Source: an uncultured bacterium (GTDB taxonomy: Bacteria > Chloroflexota > Limnocylindria > QHBO01). Taken from it: a stretch of DNA of 46,505 bases. Location: contig CBFGSY010000001.1 in NCBI GenBank assembly GCA_965651545.1, positions 1 through 46,505 of the forward strand, given 5' to 3'. The translations under genes were made by a program, and so were the position numbers. This document shows, piece after piece, positions 35,534-43,479 of the stretch; position 1 is the stretch's first letter, and every line of letters begins with the position of its first letter. Under the pieces are notes generated by a model that was given only the letters and a program-made list of their open reading frames with translations, had not been told where the DNA came from and ran no database searches.

Positions 35534-36503
35534 CAAGCGTCCCGCGTTCCGGGAGAACATCCACCGCCTCTTCGACGAGGCGCAGGCCACCGATCTCGGC
35601 CCCGGCATCGTCTCGCTGATCGAGTCGCGCGCCACTCGCGCGCAGATCCGCGAGATTCCGGTCGCCAAGATCCTGCCCAACCCCGCGCAACCGCGCCTCT
35701 CCTACGAGGAGGATTCGCTGACCGAGCTTGCGGACTCGATCCGCGAGCACGGCGTGCTGCAGCCGATCCTGGTGCGCCCAACCGGTTCGCAGTACGAGCT
35801 GATCGCAGGCGAGCGGCGCTGGCGAGCATCACGCGTTGCGCAGCGGGAGACCATCCCGGCCATCGTCGTCGAGTTCGACGATCAGACGGCGCTGGAGGTG
35901 TCGATCATCGAGAACCTGCAGCGCGAGGACGTCTCGCCGCTGGAAGAAGCGTCGATGTTCCGCAAGATGACCGACCTCGGATACTCGGTCCGCCAGCTGG
36001 CGCAGAAGATCGGCAAGGACAAGGGTTACGTCGAGAACCGGATGCGCCTGGCCGAAGCGCCGCCCGAGATTCGCGAGCTGGTGTCCGTGCGGAAAGACAC
36101 CATCAGCCACGCCTACGAGTTGATGAAGATCGGTGACGAGCGTGTGCGGATCCGTTTGGCCAAGAAGATCGCGGCCGGGGAGCTGACCCTGGCCCGCCTG
36201 CGGATCATGACCGGCACAACCACCCGCGGCGATGACGACGACCGGCCACGCCGGCGCGGGCGCACGAAGGCCGGCGAGGTTGCGATCGCTCGTGACGCGC
36301 AGGACGCGGACGATGCGCTGCTGACCAATCGCGGCAAGCTCGCCGACGCCATCGACGAGCTGGTTGAGCTGCTCCGGCGTCCGGACGTGATCGAGCAGAT
36401 CCCGGACACCAACCGGGACAACCTCGCCAGGAACCTTACGGTGACGAAGCTCAAGCTCGAGAACGCCATCGCCATCATCCGGGCGACCCGCGAGCCGGCC
36501 TGA
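35526..36503 (+). CDS. parB: chromosome partitioning protein ParB/Spo0J
   Basis: ILPNPAQPRLSYEEDSLTELADSIREHGVLQPILVR and LIAGERRWRASR ParB boxes, then an HTH region. Overlaps the parA end by 8 nt. Confidence 0.9.
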   Translation: MANKRPAFRENIHRLFDEAQATDLGPGIVSLIESRATRAQIREIPVAKILPNPAQPRLSYEEDSLTELADSIREHGVLQPILVRPTGSQYELIAGERRWRASRVAQRETIPAIVVEFDDQTALEVSIIENLQREDVSPLEEASMFRKMTDLGYSVRQLAQKIGKDKGYVENRMRLAEAPPEIRELVSVRKDTISHAYELMKIGDERVRIRLAKKIAAGELTLARLRIMTGTTTRGDDDDRPRRRGRTKAGEVAIARDAQDADDALLTNRGKLADAIDELVELLRRPDVIEQIPDTNRDNLARNLTVTKLKLENAIAIIRATREPA

Positions 36504-36509
36504 GCCGGT

Positions 36510-36920
36510 CTAGCCCTCGCCCAGCGCTGCCTCGATCTCGTCGAGGTGCTCTGCCCGATGCGATGCGCGGAGCAGGTTCAATGGGCTGGTCGCCGAGAGC
36601 GGCCACGCCTGGGCGGCCAGGTCAGCCGGTAGATCGGCGATGCGACGGTCCGTCTCCTGGGATATCTCCAGGGCGAGACGCGCCGCTTCGGCCGGCGGAA
36701 TGGCGTGGATCAATGGACGGGAGGCGTCGTTGATCCAGTCGACGTCCTCCGGCTCGTCGTCCGACGCCGTGAACGGTGTGCCGCGAACCAGCTTCTCCGC
36801 GAGGGCGAGGGCGCGCCCGTCCCAGAACGCGATATGCCCCAGGACGCCAGCAACCGTCCAGCTTTCGTTGACCGGCCGCTCGAGATCCTCCCCCGTCAGC
36901 CTGGCGACGAGCGAACGCAT
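36510..36920 (-). CDS. DinB-like (four-helix bundle, DinB_2/MDMPI N-terminal-like) protein
   Basis: LTGEDLERPVNESWTVAGVLGHIAFWD...RASHRAEHLDEI His pattern is typical of DinB-fold proteins. 136 aa. Confidence 0.55.
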   Translation of the reverse strand: MRSLVARLTGEDLERPVNESWTVAGVLGHIAFWDGRALALAEKLVRGTPFTASDDEPEDVDWINDASRPLIHAIPPAEAARLALEISQETDRRIADLPADLAAQAWPLSATSPLNLLRASHRAEHLDEIEAALGEG

Positions 36921-36975
36921 CCGCTCGAGCTCGCGCGCGTTCTCGATGGCGTAGCTGGTTTCGGAGGCGGCGCGG

Positions 36976-37332
36976 TCAGGGGGTATAGGACATCACCTCG
37001 CGGTGGTCGACCAGGAACGCCGTCAGCTTGCGCCGCGCCTCCGGATCGATGCGCCGCAGGCCGGCGATGGCCTTCGGCAGCTCGAAGATCGGGGCGGCCA
37101 GGGCTCCGGCGGTGTCGATGCCGATCACGTGATCGGGCCCGCCCCCAACCAGGAAGGCTCGCTGGAAACCCTTCTCGTCAATCCCGGCCGCCCGCTGAAA
37201 AGCGGCAATCGCGGTTCCCACCCCGATGCGCTTCGCGAAGTCGACGAACAGGTCAGCCGCCCATCGATCGATCTGCTCGTCCGATTGGGCCTGCACCATC
37301 TTGCGGTAGTCGCCCGCCGCGCCGGCCTGCAT
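36976..37332 (-). CDS. hypothetical protein (118 aa)
   Basis: ATG 37332 lies 6 nt downstream of TAGAAT. Coding-like GC3. No family recognised. Confidence 0.5.
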   Translation of the reverse strand: MQAGAAGDYRKMVQAQSDEQIDRWAADLFVDFAKRIGVGTAIAAFQRAAGIDEKGFQRAFLVGGGPDHVIGIDTAGALAAPIFELPKAIAGLRRIDPEARRKLTAFLVDHREVMSYTP

Positions 37333-37338
37333 GGCGCG

Positions 37339-37344
37339 ATTCTA
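37339..37344 (-). promoter_or_regulatory. -10 hexamer TAGAAT 6 nt upstream of ATG 37332 (leaderless architecture)
   Basis: Minus strand TAGAAT-cgcgcc-ATG. Confidence 0.45.
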
Positions 37345-37403
37345 GCCCGCGCTCCGACGGCCGCGGGCGCGCGGAACGGACGGGCCGAGGATGGCGATTG
37401 GGC

Positions 37404-37409
37404 TATCCT
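37404..37409 (+). promoter_or_regulatory. -10 hexamer TATCCT 6 nt upstream of ATG 37416 (leaderless architecture)
   Basis: TATCCT-gcggcc-ATG. Confidence 0.4.
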
Positions 37410-37415
37410 GCGGCC

Positions 37416-37976
37416 ATGGCGTACCAGCCGGCCGACCCGCGCACCGAGGACACGATCGTCTTCGAGCTGCTGCGCACCGATCGGTCGGGGGCACCTGGCG
37501 AGGTGGTCGGATCCGCCACCTTCAGCGATGGGCGTACGTCCGTCGACGCGCCGGAGGCGGTGGCCGTCGCAGTGCGTGAGCTGCTGCAGCGGCCCTTCGT
37601 CGACCGCGTTCAGGCCGACGAGCGACCACGCGGCTATCGGCGCAGCGGGCGAGGCATCGTCGACATGCTGGTGCCGGGGATGCCCGAGCATTTCATCGCC
37701 CGCCTTCGCGGCCTCTGGCTCTCCTATCCGGACGGCGGCGTGGTCACCGCCCGCGAGGGCACGACACCGGCGCGGGGCGAGCGGGCGACCGTGCTGGACA
37801 AGGTCGAGACCGGACCGGCGGTGGCTGACCCCTCGGTTCGACGAGCGACGCTGGCGGAGAGCACGGCCATCCTGAACGCTCGGCCGCTGGTCCAGGCGAA
37901 CGAGCCCTTGACCGGATTGCGAGCGGCTGCCGAGCGCCCGGACGTGGCGCGAACCGACTGCGGCTGGATCTTCTAG
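37416..37976 (+). CDS. hypothetical protein (186 aa)
   Basis: Last 187 codons of track ORF 36705..37976; the upstream part of that ORF is antisense to two minus-strand genes. High GC3 from ATG 37416. No family recognised. Confidence 0.5.
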   Translation: MAYQPADPRTEDTIVFELLRTDRSGAPGEVVGSATFSDGRTSVDAPEAVAVAVRELLQRPFVDRVQADERPRGYRRSGRGIVDMLVPGMPEHFIARLRGLWLSYPDGGVVTAREGTTPARGERATVLDKVETGPAVADPSVRRATLAESTAILNARPLVQANEPLTGLRAAAERPDVARTDCGWIF

Positions 37977-37979
37977 GCG

Positions 37980-37996
37980 TAGATTTGCATAGATTT
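37980..37996 (+). repeat. AT-rich direct repeat TAGATTT-gca-TAGATTT (10-nt phase)
   Basis: Seen directly; about 25% GC in a roughly 70% GC genome. Sits 42-58 nt upstream of the -10 hexamer at 38038. Confidence 0.6.
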
Positions 37997-38037
37997 CTGG
38001 CTCTGAGGATTCCCGGCGTCATCGGCCCAGGGTTGGC

Positions 38038-38043
38038 TATCAT
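38038..38043 (+). promoter_or_regulatory. -10 hexamer TATCAT 6 nt upstream of ATG 38050 (leaderless architecture)
   Basis: TATCAT-gcggtc-ATG. Confidence 0.4.
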
Positions 38044-38049
38044 GCGGTC

Positions 38050-38259
38050 ATGTCGCTGACCCGCTACCTCATCGGGCCGATCGTCATCGTCGCGATCGGC
38101 ATCGTCTACGGGCTATTCAGCTACGAATGGACCGGCACCGTGCTGCTCATCGTCTTCGGCGGCGCGATGGCAGTGATGGGCTGGATCCTGCTCCCCACCT
38201 TGGACAACGTGGGCCCCACCGCGCCGGTGGATCCTGACTTCGAGGATCCCGGCCGCTGA
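38050..38259 (+). CDS. small two-TM membrane protein (69 aa)
   Basis: Two hydrophobic helices (LIGPIVIVAIGIVYGLF and GTVLLIVFGGAMAVMGWILL) and an acidic C-terminal tail. No family recognised. Confidence 0.5.
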   Translation: MSLTRYLIGPIVIVAIGIVYGLFSYEWTGTVLLIVFGGAMAVMGWILLPTLDNVGPTAPVDPDFEDPGR

Positions 38260-38276
38260 CAGAGCGGCCACGGTCC

Positions 38277-38344
38277 GCCGGGCATCAAGACGCCGGGCAA
38301 CTGTGGCTGCCCTAGCGAGAGACTCGCTAACACAGATGCCCGGC
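38277..38344. other. nested-hairpin element (candidate small structured RNA or terminator complex) in a convergent intergenic region
   Basis: GCCGGGCATC (38277-86) pairs with GATGCCCGGC (38335-44). This encloses GGGCA-n8-TGCCC and TAGCGAG-aga-CTCGCTA (38313-29). Confidence 0.3.
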
Positions 38345-38435
38345 TCACTGGTACTAACGGGCCATTACCCAGCGCGTTAGTCGCTTGCCGGCGTTTGTCA
38401 CATTTGCGACACCGGGGCCGGCTGGGCCGGGCCAC

Positions 38436-40628
38436 TCAGGCCGGCTCGACGTTGCCGGTGCTGCCGTCCACGGTCACGCGAGTGCCATTCCGCAGCCGCG
38501 CCGTCGCATCGCCACAGCCGACCACGGCCGGGATCCCGTACTCGCGGGCGATGATCGATGCGTGGGCGGCGGGACTGCCGACGTCGGTCACGACCGCTGC
38601 GGCCCGGGTGAAGAGTGGAGTCCAGGCCGGGGCGGTCAGCGGTGCCACCAGCACCTCGCCCGGCTCGAGCTCGTCAAACTGATGTGGGCCCCGAATCACG
38701 CGCACGCTCCCGGTCGCCCGCCCCGGTGAAGCCGGAGAGCCCGATACGAGGGCGGTTGCCGACGGAACGGCACCCAGGATCCGCGGCATGGCGTCGAACA
38801 ACTTCTTCAATAAGGGATTCAACCGTCCGACCAGGAGCGGCGGCACCAGAAGGGCCTGTTGCTCCCGCGCCGAGCGTCGGCCGGTGACGTCGACGCCTGC
38901 GGCCAGGCCACCGTCGCTCAGCGCCGACAATACTTCTTCGCGGGTCAGGAAGAAGATGTCGTCAGGCTCGGCGATCACGCCGCTCGAGGCAAGCGCCTCG
39001 CCGATGCGCAGCACGGCTCGTCGCAGGACCGGCCACGCGATCGTCAACTCGCTCACCTGCTCCTCCCGAATGGGGACGAGGTGCTGCGCATCCGCCAGCG
39101 TGCGTCGGAACGCGCGCAGACGCCGCGGGGACGACGCGAGGGCTGCGAATGCCGCCTCCTCCGCCGCGTGCCTCGCCACGACCAGGGCGGCGTGGTCCGC
39201 GGCCGGCCCGCTCGCTGACTCCGCTCGCGGCCTGGGCTCGAACCACCAATCCAGTGACGCCACGGCGTGTCGGCCCGGATCCTTCGGTGCCTCGAAGCCG
39301 GTCAGCAATGGCAGGTGGCTGCCGCCGAGTGAAGGGCTGAGGTGGCGCCGATAGAACTGCGCGAGGTTGACCTCCATCTTGTAGGCCGCGCCGGCAAGGG
39401 CCGTGACCGAGGTGAAGTACTCGCCGGCGTGGTCGGCCAGGTCATCGATCAGGGCGGGCAGCGCTGTTACCGGCAGCGTCTCGATGCGCTCTTCGGCCAT
39501 CTTCACCGCCGCGCGATAACGAGGCTGCAGGTCAGATCGCCACTCTCGCTCGATGATCGGGAAGCTGTAGCGAACCGTGGAGGGGTTGATCCCAGCAACC
39601 GTGCGTGGGGATCGGATGAGGTGCCACAGCATGTTTGGCAGGTTGCGGGCGAAGGCCGCGGGCGTGGCCCAGTTGAGCGTGTAGAAGTACCAGCCGTTGA
39701 CCACCACGTGGTACGGCCGCGGAATGCGTTGACCGAGGAGCCTCAGGTAGTCGGCGTGCATCCGCTCTTCCATGGCGCTCAGCAGCCACGACTCGAAGAG
39801 CGGCGTCACCGGCTCCGAGATCCACTCGCCAAGTCGGAGCTGGCGGGTGTAGGCGCCGGGCGCGGGTGATTCCCACGAGACGTCAGGCGGAAGGGCAGTC
39901 ATGGGCCTGGCCTGCAGGATCCAGAGCGTGCCGTCGGCGTCGATCGCCCACTCGACGTCCTGCGGCGTCCCGCGGGCATCGGCGATGCGTCGCGCCTCGC
40001 GCGCCACATCCATCGCCTGACGCTGATCGATGGCGTTCTCCACCTGGCGGCGGGCCGTCGCGCCTTGCGCGTCGACGATCCACTCGTCGCCGAGTGCTTC
40101 GCCGGATACCAGGCGGTCACCGGTGCCACGCACGGCGGTGAGGATCGCAGTCCGTCGGTTGCCAGTGATCGGATCGGCGCTGAGCGCGACGCCGGCTGCG
40201 GCTGGCGCGACCATCTGCTGGATGATCACCGCCATGCGGCTGCCGCCATCGGTCGAGGGGTCGTAGCCGGCGACCCGCGCGTTCCGTGCGCTGGCGAGGC
40301 TGTGGCGCGCCGCCTGCGACAGCTCGCCGGGCGCCACGTTCAGCAGCGATTCGTACATGCCGGCAAACGAGCGCTCGGCGCCGTCCTCGGCGATCCCGCT
40401 TGAACGCACCGCGAAGGGGCCAGCACCCAGGTCGTCCGTCATGGAGCGCAGCAGCGCATCGCGCTCGTCGGGCGCCAGGTCAGCGCCGGCGACGGTCAGC
40501 ACCACCCCGTCGGGCACGCGAAAGCCTGCCGCCAGCAGCTCTCCCAGGCTGGCGGCCTTTCCCCCGACTTCGGCGGCATCCGTCATTCGCAGGTCTCGCA
40601 GGCTCCGTATAGGCGCAGCCGGGCTCAT
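38436..40628 (-). CDS. PEP-utilising-enzyme family phosphotransferase (N-terminal PPDK_N ATP-grasp plus C-terminal swivel phosphohistidine domain; rifampin phosphotransferase-like architecture)
   Basis: N-terminus EVGGKAASLGELLAAGFRVPDGVVL. C-terminus GEVLVAPLTAPAWTPLFTRAAAVVTDVGSPAAHASIIAREYGIPAVVG. No PEP/pyruvate TIM-barrel domain. Start overlaps the TetR stop by 4 nt. Confidence 0.8.
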   Translation of the reverse strand: MSPAAPIRSLRDLRMTDAAEVGGKAASLGELLAAGFRVPDGVVLTVAGADLAPDERDALLRSMTDDLGAGPFAVRSSGIAEDGAERSFAGMYESLLNVAPGELSQAARHSLASARNARVAGYDPSTDGGSRMAVIIQQMVAPAAAGVALSADPITGNRRTAILTAVRGTGDRLVSGEALGDEWIVDAQGATARRQVENAIDQRQAMDVAREARRIADARGTPQDVEWAIDADGTLWILQARPMTALPPDVSWESPAPGAYTRQLRLGEWISEPVTPLFESWLLSAMEERMHADYLRLLGQRIPRPYHVVVNGWYFYTLNWATPAAFARNLPNMLWHLIRSPRTVAGINPSTVRYSFPIIEREWRSDLQPRYRAAVKMAEERIETLPVTALPALIDDLADHAGEYFTSVTALAGAAYKMEVNLAQFYRRHLSPSLGGSHLPLLTGFEAPKDPGRHAVASLDWWFEPRPRAESASGPAADHAALVVARHAAEEAAFAALASSPRRLRAFRRTLADAQHLVPIREEQVSELTIAWPVLRRAVLRIGEALASSGVIAEPDDIFFLTREEVLSALSDGGLAAGVDVTGRRSAREQQALLVPPLLVGRLNPLLKKLFDAMPRILGAVPSATALVSGSPASPGRATGSVRVIRGPHQFDELEPGEVLVAPLTAPAWTPLFTRAAAVVTDVGSPAAHASIIAREYGIPAVVGCGDATARLRNGTRVTVDGSTGNVEPA

Positions 40629-41236
40629 CCCTCTCTCCTCCTGCTGGCGGCGATGGCCGCCCGAATTGTCCAGTCGATGTCATCGGCGGCTTGATCGACC
40701 GATCGACCAAGGTGGTCACGCAACATGCGCAGTGAGGACGACGCAGTGAGGACCGCGAGCAGCCTCGTGATTCTGTCGCGATCGCCTCTGGCGAGCTGCG
40801 GCGCGATCGAGTCGGCCAGGCGACTGAGCCGTGCCACGCGACCGGGCATCGTGGCCTGGCGGACCTCCGAAGAAGCCGGGCTGGCCATGGCGGCGCGCGC
40901 CAGATCGTCGAGTGCATCGACCCGGTCGAACACAGCCCGGATCCCGTCGCGCAGCTCATCCAGGTTGCGTGGGTCGGGCATCCGGTCGAGGCCGGCCCGA
41001 CGGGCAACGTGCGGGTAGACCGCCGACAGAAGGTCGGCCTTGGTCGCGAAATGGCGGTAGACCGTTGGAACGGAGACGCCCGCCTCTTTCGCCACGCCCG
41101 GCACAGACAGGCTGGTGATGCCGCGCGACATCACCCTGACGGCGGCATCCAGGATCCGCTCCCTGGTCTGGTTCAGCTGGTCCGCGCGCAGGTCACTGTG
41201 ATAATCACGGCGCTCTGGCTTGGCGATACGAGCCAT
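40625..41236 (-). CDS. TetR/AcrR family transcriptional regulator
   Basis: RERILDAAVRVMSRGITSLSVPGVAKEAGVSVPTVYRHFATKADLL HTH. 203 aa. Confidence 0.9.
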   Translation of the reverse strand: MARIAKPERRDYHSDLRADQLNQTRERILDAAVRVMSRGITSLSVPGVAKEAGVSVPTVYRHFATKADLLSAVYPHVARRAGLDRMPDPRNLDELRDGIRAVFDRVDALDDLARAAMASPASSEVRQATMPGRVARLSRLADSIAPQLARGDRDRITRLLAVLTASSSLRMLRDHLGRSVDQAADDIDWTIRAAIAASRRREG

Positions 41237-41242
41237 ATTGTG

Positions 41243-41248
41243 AATATA
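41243..41248 (-). promoter_or_regulatory. -10 hexamer TATATT 6 nt upstream of the TetR ATG (leaderless architecture)
   Basis: Minus strand TTGACAtgagtcgTATATT-cacaat-ATG, in a local low-GC patch. Confidence 0.45.
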
Positions 41249-41357
41249 CGACTCATGTCAAGGGGCCGCCGCATCTGCATCGATCACCGGCCTGGCGTTG
41301 CCTGGGGTCACTCCAGGCCCTAGCCTGCGCATCAACTACGGGTTGGGGAAAGGGAGC

Positions 41358-41822
41358 ATGGCCAGGGTCACGTGGAAGTTCGAGGAGACGATCGCACGAC
41401 CGCCGGACGCCGTCTGGGGATTCGCCGCCGATGTCGGTCGGCACCAGCAATGGATGGGGGTCACCGGCGCGCGCCTTGTGAGCGGCGAATCAACCCAGGT
41501 CGGCTCGCGGGCGGTTGAGGGCTTCAAGTTCGGTCCGCGCCAGTTCGAAGCCGAGACCGAGGTCATCGCGGCTGATCCAGGCAAACGCATCGCCTGGCGC
41601 GTGATCGGCGGCGCACCGTTCAGGGGCGAATACACGCTTGATCTCGAGGCCACCGGAAGCGGCCAGACCAGGACGACCTGGTCGGGCTGGATGCAGCCGA
41701 TCGGCTTCTGGCGCCTGCTCACCCCGATCCTGGCCATGGAGGCCAAGGAGGGCGAGCGCCGCGAGCTCGATCGGCTGAAGGAAGCAGTCGAGGCTCAGGC
41801 GACCGCCACGGCGACTGGCTGA
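41358..41822 (+). CDS. SRPBCC (polyketide cyclase/dehydrase-like) ligand-binding protein
   Basis: Within track ORF 41298..41822. ATG 41358 directly after AAAGGGAG. IARPPDAVWGFAADVGRHQQWM...GKRIAWRV...GEYTLDLEA pattern is typical of the SRPBCC fold. Confidence 0.7.
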   Translation: MARVTWKFEETIARPPDAVWGFAADVGRHQQWMGVTGARLVSGESTQVGSRAVEGFKFGPRQFEAETEVIAADPGKRIAWRVIGGAPFRGEYTLDLEATGSGQTRTTWSGWMQPIGFWRLLTPILAMEAKEGERRELDRLKEAVEAQATATATG

Positions 41823-41928
41823 CAGCAGCTCCTGGGCACGACGCCGGCCGAGGAGCTCCCCGGCTTGCTCCCCTATTTGCCGATGCGAACGGCTCGAGCC
41901 CGCTCCAGCACCCGTTTCCCTGATCGCG

Positions 41929-41934
41929 TAGCTT
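41929..41934 (+). promoter_or_regulatory. -10 hexamer TAGCTT 6 nt upstream of the AraC GTG (leaderless architecture)
   Basis: TAGCTT-tggacc-GTG. Confidence 0.4.
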
Positions 41935-41940
41935 TGGACC

Positions 41941-42393
41941 GTGAGCCGAGATATCGAGGATTTCAACCGACGGCTGCTGCGCGCCCGCGACGCGATGGAC
42001 CGCGCCTACGCTGAGCCGCTCGACGTCCGCGCAGTGGCCGCCGTCGCTCACGTATCGCCGGCGCATTTCAGCCGCAGCTTCCGTGGCGTCTTCGGTGAGA
42101 CGCCGCACCGCTACCTGCAGCGGCGGCGCGTCGAGCGCTCAATGTTCCTGTTGCGCGAGACCGACCGCAGCGTGACGGACGTCTGCTTCGACGTCGGATT
42201 CACGAGCCTCGGCACTTTCAGCCGGACGTTCCGGGCGATCGTCGGGGAGACGCCCTCCGCATACCGCGCCGGGCACGGACCGATCGTGGCACCCCACTGC
42301 GTCCAGCTCGCGGCGATGAGGCCGCGAGAGGCGGCACGAGGGATGGCTGAATCGAGCAGTTTTGGAGAAGCGGCTGTCGCGATCGCGCCCTAG
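41941..42393 (+). CDS. AraC/XylS family HTH regulator (DNA-binding domain only)
   Basis: LDVRAVAAVAHVSPAHFSRSFRGVFGETPHRYLQRRRVERSMFLLRETDRSVTDVCFDVGFTSLGTFSRTFRAIVGETPSAYR is a double HTH. 150 aa with no sensor domain. Confidence 0.85.
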   Translation: MSRDIEDFNRRLLRARDAMDRAYAEPLDVRAVAAVAHVSPAHFSRSFRGVFGETPHRYLQRRRVERSMFLLRETDRSVTDVCFDVGFTSLGTFSRTFRAIVGETPSAYRAGHGPIVAPHCVQLAAMRPREAARGMAESSSFGEAAVAIAP

Positions 42394-42430
42394 GGTGAGA
42401 GTCGCCCGAACAACGGTCACAGGAGAACGA

Positions 42431-42865
42431 ATGATGATCACCAAGCTGAACGTCGCCTCGATCTACGTCCTCGACAAGGACGAGGCGCTCGACTTCTACG
42501 TCAACAAGCTCGGGCTCGAGAAGGGCAACGACGTCCGCCAGGGCGACTATCGCTGGCTGACGATCCGCGTTCCCGGCGAGCAGGGCACCGAGGTCTCGCT
42601 GGAGCAGCCCGGCTCTCCGCTTCATGACGAAGCCACCGCGGCGCAGCTCCGCGAGCTCATCACGAAGGGCGCGCTGGGCGGCCTCGTGTTCATCACCGAT
42701 GATGCACGGGGCCTGTATGAGACGCTCAGGGAGCGGGGTGTCACCGACTTCACGCAGGAGCCCACCGAGCACTTCTACGGGACCGATATGGGCGTCCGCG
42801 ATCCGTTCGGCAACCCGATTCGGATCCTCCAGCAGGGAAAGGCCGCCCAGAAGGCGACTGCCTGA
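42431..42865 (+). CDS. VOC family (glyoxalase/bleomycin-resistance fold) protein
   Basis: Within track ORF 42362..42865. ATG 42431 with AGGAG 5 nt upstream. VASIYVLDKDEALDFYVNKLG...FYGTDMGVRDPFGNPIRI. Confidence 0.85.
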   Translation: MMITKLNVASIYVLDKDEALDFYVNKLGLEKGNDVRQGDYRWLTIRVPGEQGTEVSLEQPGSPLHDEATAAQLRELITKGALGGLVFITDDARGLYETLRERGVTDFTQEPTEHFYGTDMGVRDPFGNPIRILQQGKAAQKATA

Positions 42866-42894
42866 CCCGCACACACGAAGAGGAGCACGTCGAG

Positions 42895-43371
42895 ATGCCA
42901 AGCAAGCAGGCAAGCAAGAGCAAGCAGACGACTCGCGACAACGTCTTCAGCGAGGCCGAGCGGGCCGCGGTGGCGGCGACCGCCCGCGAGCGCAAGGTGG
43001 CCTCCGGCCGCAGCCCGGCCGAGGAGCGAGCCGAGGGCCTGCAGGACCTCCGCGACAGCATCGCCAGGATGCCTGCTGACGACCGCGCGATGGCCGAGCG
43101 CGTCCACGAGGTCGTCACGGACGCGGCGCCGGCACTCGTTCCGAAGACGTACTACGGCATGCCCGCGTACGCCACGGAAGGCAAGAACGGCAAGGTGATC
43201 TGCTGGTTCAAGCCAAAGTCGAAGTTCCGCGTCCGCTACTCGACGTTCGGGTTCCAGCCCGATGCGCGCCTCGACGACGGCGACATGTGGCCAACCGAAT
43301 TCGCCGTCATCAAGCTGACGCCGGCGGTCGAGACCCGGATCGCCGAGCTCGCGAAAAAAGGCGCGGGCTGA
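42895..43371 (+). CDS. DUF1801 (YdhG-like) domain protein
   Basis: VPKTYYGMPAYATEGKNGKVICWFKPKSKF..FGFQPDA pattern of the YdhG/DUF1801 family. Its stop TGA 43369 is in frame with the following UvrA-like ORF. Confidence 0.65.
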   Translation: MPSKQASKSKQTTRDNVFSEAERAAVAATARERKVASGRSPAEERAEGLQDLRDSIARMPADDRAMAERVHEVVTDAAPALVPKTYYGMPAYATEGKNGKVICWFKPKSKFRVRYSTFGFQPDARLDDGDMWPTEFAVIKLTPAVETRIAELAKKGAG

Positions 43372-43479
43372 CGCCTGGCCGGCAACGACGGGGCACCTGA
43401 CGCCTGGGGCGCGATCCAGGTCCGGGGCGCCCGCGAGAACAACCTCCGCGACATCAGCCTCGACATTCCGAAGCGCCGG

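Noticed and set aside
36705-37415. Upstream 237 codons of the 423-aa plus-strand ORF 36705..37976.
   Set aside because: This part is antisense to the DinB-like and 118-aa genes and is Arg/Pro-rich. Coding signal and a leaderless-type -10 support a start at ATG 37416.
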